DNA from: Minisyncoccota bacterium
GTDB lineage: Bacteria > Patescibacteriota > Minisyncoccia > Minisyncoccales > CG1-02-41-26
Direction of reading: 5' to 3'
Assembly: GCA_028718965.1 (NCBI GenBank)
Contig: JAQUKS010000003.1
Location: forward strand, 1-45,927
Length of the DNA: 45,927 nt
The notes below the pieces were generated by a model that saw only the letters and a list, made by a program, of their open reading frames with translations, was not told the DNA's origin and ran no database searches. The position numbers and the translations under genes were made by a program. This document shows positions 33,034 through 40,946 of this stretch, piece after piece (within the stretch, counting starts at the first letter, position 1; each line of letters begins with the position of its first letter).

Positions 33034-33056
33034 CTGTCGGTACCAGATACCGACAG
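33034..33056 (-). repeat. REP-A hairpin copy 4, inverted orientation (loop ccaga)
   Basis: ctgtcggta-ccaga-taccgacag, the exact reverse complement of copy 2. It begins 5 nt after the RAYT-like stop codon. Confidence 0.9.
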
Positions 33057-33155
33057 CTGTTTGCAAAAAAGCTTTTTCAAGGGTAAAATAATAAAATATA
33101 AAAAGAAATATTGGCATATCGAGCCGCCTTCGGCCATAGGACCGCGAGGTTCGCC

Positions 33156-33187
33156 ATATCGATATTTCAACATATCAACATATCAAT
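33156..33187 (+). repeat. four tandem 8-mers (ATATCGAT ATTTCAAC ATATCAAC ATATCAAT)
   Basis: Read directly from the sequence. The array ends 5 nt before ATG 33193 of the Wzy_C/TPR gene. Confidence 0.7.
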
Positions 33188-33192
33188 CATAT

Positions 33193-35469
33193 ATGTTCAA
33201 AAAACCATTAAAGTTCGTCATTTATGCGCTTGTTTTTCTGATGCCTATTTTCTGGCTGCCGTTCTCGGTCGAGGCGTTCGAGTTCAACAAGATTTATCTG
33301 ATGGGGGCGCTGGTTATGATAGGAATGGTTTTTTGGTTGGGCCGGATGGTTTTCGACGACAAGAAGTTGTCATTCAAATGGAGCCTGCTCGACCCGTTCG
33401 TTCTGGTTTTCTTGATAGTGAGCACGGTAAGCTCGTTTTTGGGAATTGACCGTTCGTCCAGTTTGCTGGGTTTTTACGGCCGCTTCTGGCCCAGCCTGAT
33501 CGGGCTTTATTTCGCGGCCGGTTTTTATTTTCTGGTTACCAATAATATCGCTAAGGACGATATAAATAAGGTCTTGAAAATTTTCATCACTTCAAACCTG
33601 CTAGCCGTTCTGGTCGCGTATCTGGCTGTTTTCGGGCTGTGGGGCAGGATCAACGTTCTGCTCGGTTCGCATTTGCCCGCCATAATGTCGTTGAGGACGT
33701 TTTCCATGACTGGCGGATCGCTTGAGGGATTGAGCATGTTTCTGGCCTGTCTGTCGGTGATGATTATAACGTTCGTTGCCTTTAGCAAGAATCCCAGGAA
33801 AGAAATCGTCTCTTATCTCACTTTGTTCGCCTCGTTGGGTCTGCTTATCATCATCGATTTTCAGCCGGCTTGGATAACGATGCTTCTGGCTCTAGTTCTG
33901 TTTTTGGTTTTTTCTCTCTGGAAAAGAATTTTTAAAACCGACGTCAACCGTCTTACTTTGGCAACTTTGTGTTGCTTTATCGCTTTGGTTTTTATTTTCA
34001 CCAGTCCGGTGAAATCTTTTCTGGACCAAACCGTAACCTCGGGCGGTTTGCCCAAGGAAGTGCTTTTGAACGAAAGAACCAGCTGGCAGATGGCCGTTGA
34101 CGGCTTCAAAGAGAGGTGGCTTTTGGGAGCAGGCACGGCCAATCTTCATTATGTTTTCGCGAAATTCAAGCCAGCCGCTTTTCTGCAAACCGATTTCTGG
34201 CAATTGAGATTTGACCGGACAGGAAGTTATTGGGCCGAAGTTTTGGCTGAAAACGGCGCCTTGGGCGCGTTGAGCTATCTGGCCTTGATAGGAATGTTTA
34301 TTTTGATCTCTTATTTTTTCGTAGCCAGCTTCAAGTTCAAGCTGATGGGTAGTAATCCGGTCAGTGGGGACAAGAAAATCACAGTAATCGCTCTTTTGGT
34401 GTCATTTCTCGCTATTTTGGCGGCGCAGTTCTTCTATTATCAGACCACTGTTTTGTCTTTTATCTTCTGGCTGGTGCTGGCCTTGGGCGTGGTGAGCTGG
34501 GGAGAGGCCTTGCGGGAAAAGTCGTTTTCTTTCAAAGATTTTCCCGAGGCTGGCCTGGTATTCAGTATTGTTTTTTGGGTGGTTCTGGTGGGAGCGGCTT
34601 TCATTTCTTTTACTCTGGGAAAATACTATCTGGCCGACGCTTATTACCGCGAATATCTGGTAGACCCGGCAGCGAATCTGCCCAAGCTCGAAACCGCAGC
34701 GCGCGTGGCGCCCGCCAGAGCGGTTTACCCGATTGTTTTAAGCCGCGCCTATTTGCAGAAATTCGTTCAGGAGGCCCAAAAAGCCGAGCCGGAGAAAGAG
34801 CTGGCCGCGGAAATGATAAACGAGGCGGTGCGGGAGAGCAAAATAGCCGTGGAAAAATTTCCCAATCTTGTCGCCGCACATGAAACTGCCGGAGTGGTTT
34901 ATCGCGAGATACAGGGAGCGGTGGCGGGCAGCCGCGAGTGGGCGATAAAAAGCTTTGAAGCGGCTTTGAAGCTTGAACCAAAAAATCCCGTGTTTTTGAC
35001 CGAACTGGGCAAGCTGGAACTGGCTGACAAAAAGAACGATGAAGCTAAAGACTTTTTCCAACAGGCCGTGGCAATAAAGCCCGACTACGTGGACGCGCAT
35101 TTGCAGATGGCGTTTTTGGAAGACGAAGAAGGCAGTAAGCAGGAAGCCCAGGGCCGGCTGGAGAATTTGGTGCGGCTTAGTCCATTTTCCGTGGACGCGC
35201 ATTTTCAGCTGGGTCGGATTTATTTCAATTCTGGAGAATACGACAAAGCGCAGGAACAGTTCCAGACCGTGCTGGCTTTGTATCCCAATCACTCTAACTC
35301 GCTTTATTCTCTGGCTTTGGTATATGAAAAAGAGGGCGAGAAAGACAAAGCCCTGGAATTACTGAACAGGGTTTTGGAACTGAATCCGGGCAATCAGGAT
35401 GTTAAGCAAAAAATCAGTGCCGTAAAAAACGAAAAATCAACGCCAGTGGAAGAATCCGCTGAAGAATAA
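33193..35469 (+). CDS. O-antigen ligase (Wzy_C)-like polytopic membrane protein with C-terminal TPR repeats
   Basis: More than 10 hydrophobic helices. The post-Wzy_C signature RTSWQMAVDGFKERWLLGAGTANLHYVF fits the family pattern R..W..a...f...P.lG.G.gnf. The C-terminal ~250 aa are TPR-like (AIKSFEAALKLEPKNP.., AKDFFQQAVAIKPDYVDAH.., AQEQFQTVLALYPNHSNSLYSLALVY.., ALELLNRVLELNPGN). The start is set at ATG 33193 because the track's 33019 start runs through the REP-A hairpin. Confidence 0.75.
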   Translation: MFKKPLKFVIYALVFLMPIFWLPFSVEAFEFNKIYLMGALVMIGMVFWLGRMVFDDKKLSFKWSLLDPFVLVFLIVSTVSSFLGIDRSSSLLGFYGRFWPSLIGLYFAAGFYFLVTNNIAKDDINKVLKIFITSNLLAVLVAYLAVFGLWGRINVLLGSHLPAIMSLRTFSMTGGSLEGLSMFLACLSVMIITFVAFSKNPRKEIVSYLTLFASLGLLIIIDFQPAWITMLLALVLFLVFSLWKRIFKTDVNRLTLATLCCFIALVFIFTSPVKSFLDQTVTSGGLPKEVLLNERTSWQMAVDGFKERWLLGAGTANLHYVFAKFKPAAFLQTDFWQLRFDRTGSYWAEVLAENGALGALSYLALIGMFILISYFFVASFKFKLMGSNPVSGDKKITVIALLVSFLAILAAQFFYYQTTVLSFIFWLVLALGVVSWGEALREKSFSFKDFPEAGLVFSIVFWVVLVGAAFISFTLGKYYLADAYYREYLVDPAANLPKLETAARVAPARAVYPIVLSRAYLQKFVQEAQKAEPEKELAAEMINEAVRESKIAVEKFPNLVAAHETAGVVYREIQGAVAGSREWAIKSFEAALKLEPKNPVFLTELGKLELADKKNDEAKDFFQQAVAIKPDYVDAHLQMAFLEDEEGSKQEAQGRLENLVRLSPFSVDAHFQLGRIYFNSGEYDKAQEQFQTVLALYPNHSNSLYSLALVYEKEGEKDKALELLNRVLELNPGNQDVKQKISAVKNEKSTPVEESAEE

Positions 35470-36734
35470 TGAAGAAAAAGACAGCAACAAAACGAAAAAC
35501 TCCTTTGACGCGTTCGCAGATGTCTGCTAGGGATGCGGTGCCGCCGGCCCGCAAGATAAAAATCCGTCTCATCGGCCTGGGCGGGGGCGGGAGCGCTATT
35601 GTTTCGGAGATGGCCTCTGTTTTAAAAGGAGTCAGTTTCGTAGCCGCCGATACCGATTTCAAGACCTCCAGGAAACTGAAAAAAGGGGTTAAGTTCTTTC
35701 AGTTTGGCGAAAAAATAACCAATGGCCTGGGCACTGGCCTGAATCCCGAGCTGGCTCAAAAAGCGGCCCAGGAGGAAAAAGAAAAGATTACCCGTCTTTT
35801 CAAGGATTGCGATTTGGTGATTTTGGTGGGCTCTCTGGGCGGGGGAGTGGCCTCAGGGGCCAGCTCCGTATTCGCGGAGGTGGCTGAAGCTCAAAAAGCC
35901 ATTGCTGTGGGAATTTTTACCATGCCTTTTTCATTTGAGGGAGAAAAAAAGACCCGGCTGGCGAATAAAGCGTTGGAAATCCTGGAGAAAAAGCTGTCCG
36001 GAGTAATGGTGGTTCCCAATGAAAGGATATTTCTGCTGGTTGACAAGAAAACTCCTTTGAAGAAATCCCTGTCTTTGTTGAACCAGATGTTCGCTTTATG
36101 GCTGAATGATTTGCTGCAAGTCATCGTAAAACCCGGGCTTATTAACATCGATTTCGCTGACTTGAAAACCATTCTGGAAAAACGCGGTAAAAAGTTATTT
36201 TTCGGCCAGGGAACGGCCCAGGGGCCGTTGAGGGCCGAAGAAGTGGTTAAAAATATTTTCCAGAGCCCGTTCGCCCAGGGCGCTCCGCTGAACGTGAAAA
36301 GAATTTTATTCAATATTACCGGAGGCAAGGACCTGGGGCTGAAAGAAATAGAAATCATCAGTAATAACATCGCTGCTTTGAATCCTAAGGCTAAGATTAT
36401 CTTCGGCATCACCGAATCTCCGTCTTTTCAGGGAAAAGTAAAAATACTGCTCCTGGCGGTGAGCGACGACGATCCGGTTTCAAACGCGGCCAATGGCGGA
36501 GAAACGCCTGCCAGCGGCGTGAAACAAGGCAGTGGCGGGAAGAGCGGACCGGCAATAAAAAAATCATCGCGAAAATCAAGAAATTCCAGACTCGCTCCGC
36601 CGGAGAAAGAGGAGAGAATAAAAATTCGCCGGAACGCCGTGGAGGTAAAGAAAGCCGATGAAGAAGAAAGGGATAGAGAGTGGGAAAGGGAGGCCGAATG
36701 GGAAGTGCCGGCGTTTTTGAAAAAAGATTTATAA
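35469..36734 (+). CDS. ftsZ: cell division protein FtsZ (divergent)
   Basis: IGLGGGGSAIVSEM, AADTDFKTS, GLGTGLNPELA, GSLGGGVASGASSVFAEVA, FTMPFSFEGEKK, VVPNERI, GLINIDFADL, and the conserved C-terminal peptide VPAFLKKDL. Confidence 0.88.
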   Translation: MKKKTATKRKTPLTRSQMSARDAVPPARKIKIRLIGLGGGGSAIVSEMASVLKGVSFVAADTDFKTSRKLKKGVKFFQFGEKITNGLGTGLNPELAQKAAQEEKEKITRLFKDCDLVILVGSLGGGVASGASSVFAEVAEAQKAIAVGIFTMPFSFEGEKKTRLANKALEILEKKLSGVMVVPNERIFLLVDKKTPLKKSLSLLNQMFALWLNDLLQVIVKPGLINIDFADLKTILEKRGKKLFFGQGTAQGPLRAEEVVKNIFQSPFAQGAPLNVKRILFNITGGKDLGLKEIEIISNNIAALNPKAKIIFGITESPSFQGKVKILLLAVSDDDPVSNAANGGETPASGVKQGSGGKSGPAIKKSSRKSRNSRLAPPEKEERIKIRRNAVEVKKADEEERDREWEREAEWEVPAFLKKDL

Positions 36735-36781
36735 CTCGCGGTGGGCACTGTGGGTGTCGGCATTTTTAATAATATATAAAT

Positions 36782-37660
36782 ATGTCTTCGGAAATCAAAA
36801 AAATTATTTTGCCCGCCGCTGGGCTAGGCACCCGCTTCCTGCCGTTGAGCAAAGCCGTGCCCAAACAATTTCTGCCTCTGGCGGACGCTCCAATGGTAAG
36901 TTATGTCGTGGATGAGGCCAGGGAAGCCGGGATGGAAGAAGTAATCTTCGTGGTCAACGAGGCCTCTAAAAACATTGCCGGATATTTTCAAAAAGACGCC
37001 AAGTTTGAAGAGGTTTTGGAGGAAAGGGGGGCTAAGGATGTCTTGGAAAAGCTGAAAAACGTTTCAGCTGGCCTGGAGAACGTCGCCATATCTTCGGTGG
37101 TTCAGCCTTTACCCAGGGGCGACGGGGACGCGGTTTTGAGGGCTGAAAAGGCTGTCGGCAAGGGAGCTTGCGCAGTCGCTTTTTTTGACGATGTTTTTTC
37201 ATCCAAGACACCGCCTCTTAGCCAGCTGCTCAATATTTTCAAAACTTCGCAGAAAACCGTGGTCGGCCTGAAAAAAGTGTCTCCGGAGAAATTGCCTTTT
37301 TACGGAGTGGCTGGCGTGGAAAAGATCGCCAGCAATATTTATAAAATCAAGGAAATTACTGAGAAGCCGCCCATGGGGCAGGCTCCTTCGGACCTGGCCA
37401 TGTGCGGTCGCTATGTTTTTACCGAAGAAATCTTCCATTATTTGAAGAAAACCCAGCCTAACGCCAAGGGGGAGATTATTTTAGCTGAAGCGGTCAAACT
37501 GATGCTGGCCGATGGCAAGATGGTTTACGGATGCGAAATCGAAGGAGAATGGCTCGAATGCGGCAATACGCAGGAGTGGCTGAAAAGCAATCTTACTTTA
37601 TGTTTGAGGCACCCGAAATACGGGCCGGTGCTGAAAGAATGGATTAAAAAAATAAAATAA
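36782..37660 (+). CDS. galU: UTP--glucose-1-phosphate uridylyltransferase
   Basis: ILPAAGLGTRFLPLSKAVPKQFLPLADAPMVSYVVDEA with an ~290-aa GalU-type nucleotidyltransferase layout. Confidence 0.85.
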   Translation: MSSEIKKIILPAAGLGTRFLPLSKAVPKQFLPLADAPMVSYVVDEAREAGMEEVIFVVNEASKNIAGYFQKDAKFEEVLEERGAKDVLEKLKNVSAGLENVAISSVVQPLPRGDGDAVLRAEKAVGKGACAVAFFDDVFSSKTPPLSQLLNIFKTSQKTVVGLKKVSPEKLPFYGVAGVEKIASNIYKIKEITEKPPMGQAPSDLAMCGRYVFTEEIFHYLKKTQPNAKGEIILAEAVKLMLADGKMVYGCEIEGEWLECGNTQEWLKSNLTLCLRHPKYGPVLKEWIKKIK

Positions 37661-37663
37661 TTT

Positions 37664-38527
37664 ATGCAAAAAATTACCAAAGACATTCTCAAAAAAGTTT
37701 ATTATACCCGGAAACCGGAAAGCCACAAGTATGATTACGGGCTTTTGCTGGTAGTTGGCGGAGGTAATTTTTACACGGGTTCTCCGGCATTGTCCGCTAT
37801 GGCCGCTTTCAGAGCGGGTGTTGATATGACGCATATTCTGGCGCCCAGGAGAGCGGCTGATATTATCGCCGGCTTTTCGCCCAATCTGGCGGCCTATCCT
37901 TTCAAGGGAGACTGGTTTGACAACGAAGATTTGCCGACTATTTTAAGCTTTACCGAATCCGCGAAAGAGGTGGCGGGCGGCAGGACTGCGGTTGTTTTGG
38001 GCGGGGGAATGGGCCGCTCGGAAGAAACCAAAGAAGCTATTTTGAGTTATCTGGGGCAAACTTACATTCGTGCGGTTATCGACGCTGACGGCATCCACGC
38101 GGTTGCTAAAAATTTAGCCGTTGTAAAAGACAGACATTTTGTTTTTACGCCCCATGCCTATGAATTTTTCGTTTTAACCGGCCGTGATATCCGCGAAGCT
38201 GGTTTTGAGGAAAAAATCAGGGTGGTGCAGGAGGAAGCGGCCCGGCTGGGATGCGTGATAGTGCTGAAGGGCAATCGCGATATTATATCAGACGGCCAGG
38301 AAGCGGCGATTGACGAGGGCGGTTCGCCCTTTATGACTGTCGGGGGTACCGGGGATACTTTGGCGGGGATTGCCGGTTCTTTACTGGCGCAGGGCATAGA
38401 GCCGTTCCTGGCGGCCCAGGCCGCAAGCTACATCAACGGCAAGGCGGGGGAGGCGGCGGCGAAAAAATACGGTCCGGGTATGACCGCTGTGGATCTGATT
38501 GAGGAGATAGCCAATGTAATAAAATGA
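37664..38527 (+). CDS. nnrD: NAD(P)H-hydrate dehydratase (YjeF C-terminal / carbohydrate-kinase-like)
   Basis: HKYDYGLLLVVGGGNFYTGSPALSAMAAFRAGVDM and GGTGDTLAGIAGSLLAQG motifs. Confidence 0.8.
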   Translation: MQKITKDILKKVYYTRKPESHKYDYGLLLVVGGGNFYTGSPALSAMAAFRAGVDMTHILAPRRAADIIAGFSPNLAAYPFKGDWFDNEDLPTILSFTESAKEVAGGRTAVVLGGGMGRSEETKEAILSYLGQTYIRAVIDADGIHAVAKNLAVVKDRHFVFTPHAYEFFVLTGRDIREAGFEEKIRVVQEEAARLGCVIVLKGNRDIISDGQEAAIDEGGSPFMTVGGTGDTLAGIAGSLLAQGIEPFLAAQAASYINGKAGEAAAKKYGPGMTAVDLIEEIANVIK

Positions 38528-39450
38528 TTTTTATGCACGATTTAATCATCATCGGCGGCGGGCCCGCGGGCATAACCGCGGGTATCTACGCCGCTCGTAA
38601 AAAGCTGAATACCTTGCTGATAACCAGGGATTTTTTTGGCCAAATCGGCTCTACCGGCCGCGTTGATAACTGGCCGGGCGAGATGGCTGTGAGCGGAATG
38701 GTTTTGATGCAAAAGCTGGAAAAACATTTGCGCGGTTTTGAGATTGAAATAAAAACCAATGAAAAGGTGTTCGCGATTGAGAGCCGCCCGGGCGGTTCTT
38801 TCAGCCTGCGGACGGACAAGAACGCGGAATATGCCGGTAAGGCCTTGATTATCGCCACCGGCAGATCCGCCAGGAAGCTGAACATCGAGGGCGAAAAAGA
38901 ATTTTTGGGCAAGGGGTTGTCTTATTGCAGTATTTGCGACGCTCCGTTTTTTAAAGACAAACAGGTAGCAGTGATAGGCGGGGGCAATGCCGGCTTCGAA
39001 GCTGCTTTGGACTTGGCGAAGTATGCCAAAAAAGTTTTTATTTTCGACAACGGCTCCAGGTTTTCAGCCGATGAACTGTTACAGACGGAAGCAAAAGACA
39101 CGGGTATAATCGACGCTCTCTTGAACACGGAGCTGCGAAGAATAGAAGGCAAAGGAAAAGTGCAGGCAATCGTTTATGAAAACCTTGTCGACCGGAAAGT
39201 TTTTCAGCAACCTATGGAAGGGGTTTTCGCGCAAATCGGCTCTTTGGCTGCCAGCGAATTCTTGGGCAAGCTCGTAAAATTGAACAAAAGCAAAGAAATA
39301 TCCGTAAACCCATTAACAATGGAGACATCGCGCAAGGGTATTTTCGCTCCGGGCGATTGCAATGATACGAAATTCAAACAGATGATAGTGGCGGCGGGCC
39401 AGGGGGCGGTAGCCGCTTTGAGCGCGTATGAGTATCTGCGGAAATCATAA
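38524..39450 (+). CDS. trxB: thioredoxin-disulfide reductase-like flavoprotein
   Basis: FAD motif IIIGGGPAGITAGIYAAR, redox CxxC (YCSICDAPFF), NADPH motif VAVIGGGNAGFEAALDL, and C-terminal GIFAPGDC. The ATGA overlap with nnrD suggests translational coupling. Confidence 0.85.
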   Translation: MIFMHDLIIIGGGPAGITAGIYAARKKLNTLLITRDFFGQIGSTGRVDNWPGEMAVSGMVLMQKLEKHLRGFEIEIKTNEKVFAIESRPGGSFSLRTDKNAEYAGKALIIATGRSARKLNIEGEKEFLGKGLSYCSICDAPFFKDKQVAVIGGGNAGFEAALDLAKYAKKVFIFDNGSRFSADELLQTEAKDTGIIDALLNTELRRIEGKGKVQAIVYENLVDRKVFQQPMEGVFAQIGSLAASEFLGKLVKLNKSKEISVNPLTMETSRKGIFAPGDCNDTKFKQMIVAAGQGAVAALSAYEYLRKS

Positions 39451-39465
39451 GAAGCAAACCGAAGC

Positions 39466-40680
39466 ATGAAAATTGATTTTATCGAAGCCAGAGAAATCCT
39501 TACTTCTAAGGGAAACCCTACGGTGGAGGTTTGTCTGGTAACGGATAAGGGCCGGTTTATCGCCTCGGCGCCTTCGGGCGTTTCCACGGGCGATTACGAG
39601 GCCGTGGAAATTCCGGCACACGAGGCAGTCAAGAAGATAGTTGAGATTGAATCTTTGCTTAAGGGCCGCGATTTTTCCGGCCAGGAAGAGTTCGATGGCT
39701 TTTTAATCAAACAGGACGGCACGGGAAACAAATCAAGCCTGGGGGCCAATGCCATGCTCGCATTGTCCATAGCTTTCGCCCGGGCCGCCGCTTTTGAGAG
39801 CAATCAGGAACTTTTTGATTATCTCTCGCGGGAAATTTTTTCTTCTCCCGCAGTGGCGAACAAAATGCCTGTTCCAGCTATGTTATGTCTGGAGGGTGGC
39901 AGGCACGGCAAGGGAAAGGCGAGCATACAGGAGTTCATTGTTGTGCCTCAAAAAAACAGCTTTGAAAAAAATTTCGCAGCCGGACGAATGATTTTCAACG
40001 CGCTAAAAAGCATTTTGGAGAAGGATCTGGGTAAAGACGCTTTCGAGGCGGGCGTTGAAGGGGCTTTTGCTTTAAAAAATTTAAATTCAGAGGAGGCTCT
40101 TTCTTTTTTAAACAGAGCGATTGACGAATCCGGCAATAAAGGCGCGAAAATCTATCTGGACATTGCCGCTTCAGAATTTTTTCAAAACCAAATCTATTTT
40201 TTTGACGGGCGGGAAATCGAGGCTGCCGGGTTGGCGGATTTTTACGATGAAATCACCGGCCGGTATCCGGTAAGTTTTATCGAAGACCTTTTCAGCCAGG
40301 ACGACGCGGCAAACTGGCATAATTTTAAGGCGAAAACTGAAAACCAGGGATTAAAAGTTATCGGAGACGACCTCACTGTAACCAATTCGCAAAGAATACG
40401 ATACGCCCAAGAAAACGGCCTTTGCAACGGAGTAATTATCAAGCCGAATCAAATCGGCACGGTTTGGGAAACATTACAGGCAGTGGCGCTGGCCAAGGAA
40501 TTCGGCTGGAAAATCATTGTTTCGCACAGAGCCGGCGAAACCGAAGACAGTTTTATCGCCGATCTGGCCGTGGCCGTGGCCGCTGACTTCATCAAAGCGG
40601 GAGGCTTGAGTCAGTCAGTGAGAATGGCCAAATATAACAGACTTTTAGAAATTGAAAAATCATTGTTGAGCCCATCCTAA
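39466..40680 (+). CDS. eno: enolase (phosphopyruvate hydratase)
   Basis: IEAREILTSKGNPTVEV, SGVSTGDYEAVE, IKPNQIGT, SHRAGETEDSFIADLAV. Confidence 0.92.
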   Translation: MKIDFIEAREILTSKGNPTVEVCLVTDKGRFIASAPSGVSTGDYEAVEIPAHEAVKKIVEIESLLKGRDFSGQEEFDGFLIKQDGTGNKSSLGANAMLALSIAFARAAAFESNQELFDYLSREIFSSPAVANKMPVPAMLCLEGGRHGKGKASIQEFIVVPQKNSFEKNFAAGRMIFNALKSILEKDLGKDAFEAGVEGAFALKNLNSEEALSFLNRAIDESGNKGAKIYLDIAASEFFQNQIYFFDGREIEAAGLADFYDEITGRYPVSFIEDLFSQDDAANWHNFKAKTENQGLKVIGDDLTVTNSQRIRYAQENGLCNGVIIKPNQIGTVWETLQAVALAKEFGWKIIVSHRAGETEDSFIADLAVAVAADFIKAGGLSQSVRMAKYNRLLEIEKSLLSPS

Positions 40681-40704
40681 AATCCGGTGTCGACACCGGA
40701 TTTT
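40679..40704. terminator. perfect palindrome / bidirectional intrinsic terminator after eno
   Basis: aaaatccggtgtc|gacaccggatttt: an 11-bp stem around a tcga loop, flanked by A4 and T4. Confidence 0.6.
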
Positions 40705-40721
40705 AGAAGTTCAACGAACAT

Positions 40722-40946
40722 AAAACCAATGAATAGCAACAGAGCCTTCACCCTCATCGAACTCCTTGTCGTAATAGCCATCATCGGCATCTTAGCCTCC
40801 ATTGTAATCGTGTCCTTTCCCACCGCCACCCAGAAAGCCAGGCTGGCCAAGACTCTCTCCTGGGCCGGAAGCGTGAGCCACTCCCTGGGATCAAGTGCCG
40901 TTGGCATCTGGACCTTTGACAACATCTCCGGAACAACCGTCTATGA
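40722..40946 (+). repeat. 225-bp perfect direct repeat, copy 1 (pilin 5' module)
   Basis: aaaaccaATGaatagcaacagagccttc...ggaacaaccgtctatga is identical to 44032-44256 (offset 3,310 nt). This is confirmed by identical translations on both strands in the track (40677-40925(-) versus 44020-44235(-)). Confidence 0.92.

Noticed and set aside
21824-33056. The recurrent 23-nt palindromes could suggest a CRISPR array.
   Set aside because: There are only four copies plus a half-site, at wildly irregular spacing (10.4 kb, 198 bp, 583 bp), and one is inverted. They sit next to a Y1 HUH transposase-like gene, and no cas genes are present. A REP/RAYT interpretation fits better.
33141-33155. A possible att-like direct repeat of tRNA-Gln at the right end of the island (accgcgaggttcgcc resembles gcgaggt of the 5' end and ggttcg of the T arm).
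   Set aside because: The matches are only 6-7 nt, discontinuous, and not from the tRNA 3' end. No integrase is present. They are too short to distinguish from chance.
33019-33192. An N-terminal extension of the Wzy_C/TPR ORF (track start 33019).
   Set aside because: The extension overlaps the RAYT-like gene end and translates the REP-A hairpin and the 8-mer array (..CLSVPDTDSCL..YFNISTYQSY). The membrane protein begins naturally at MFKKPLKF (33193). For the same reason these track starts were replaced by downstream ATGs: 44325 (inside the REP-B hairpin), 40687, 8416, 3000 and 6789.
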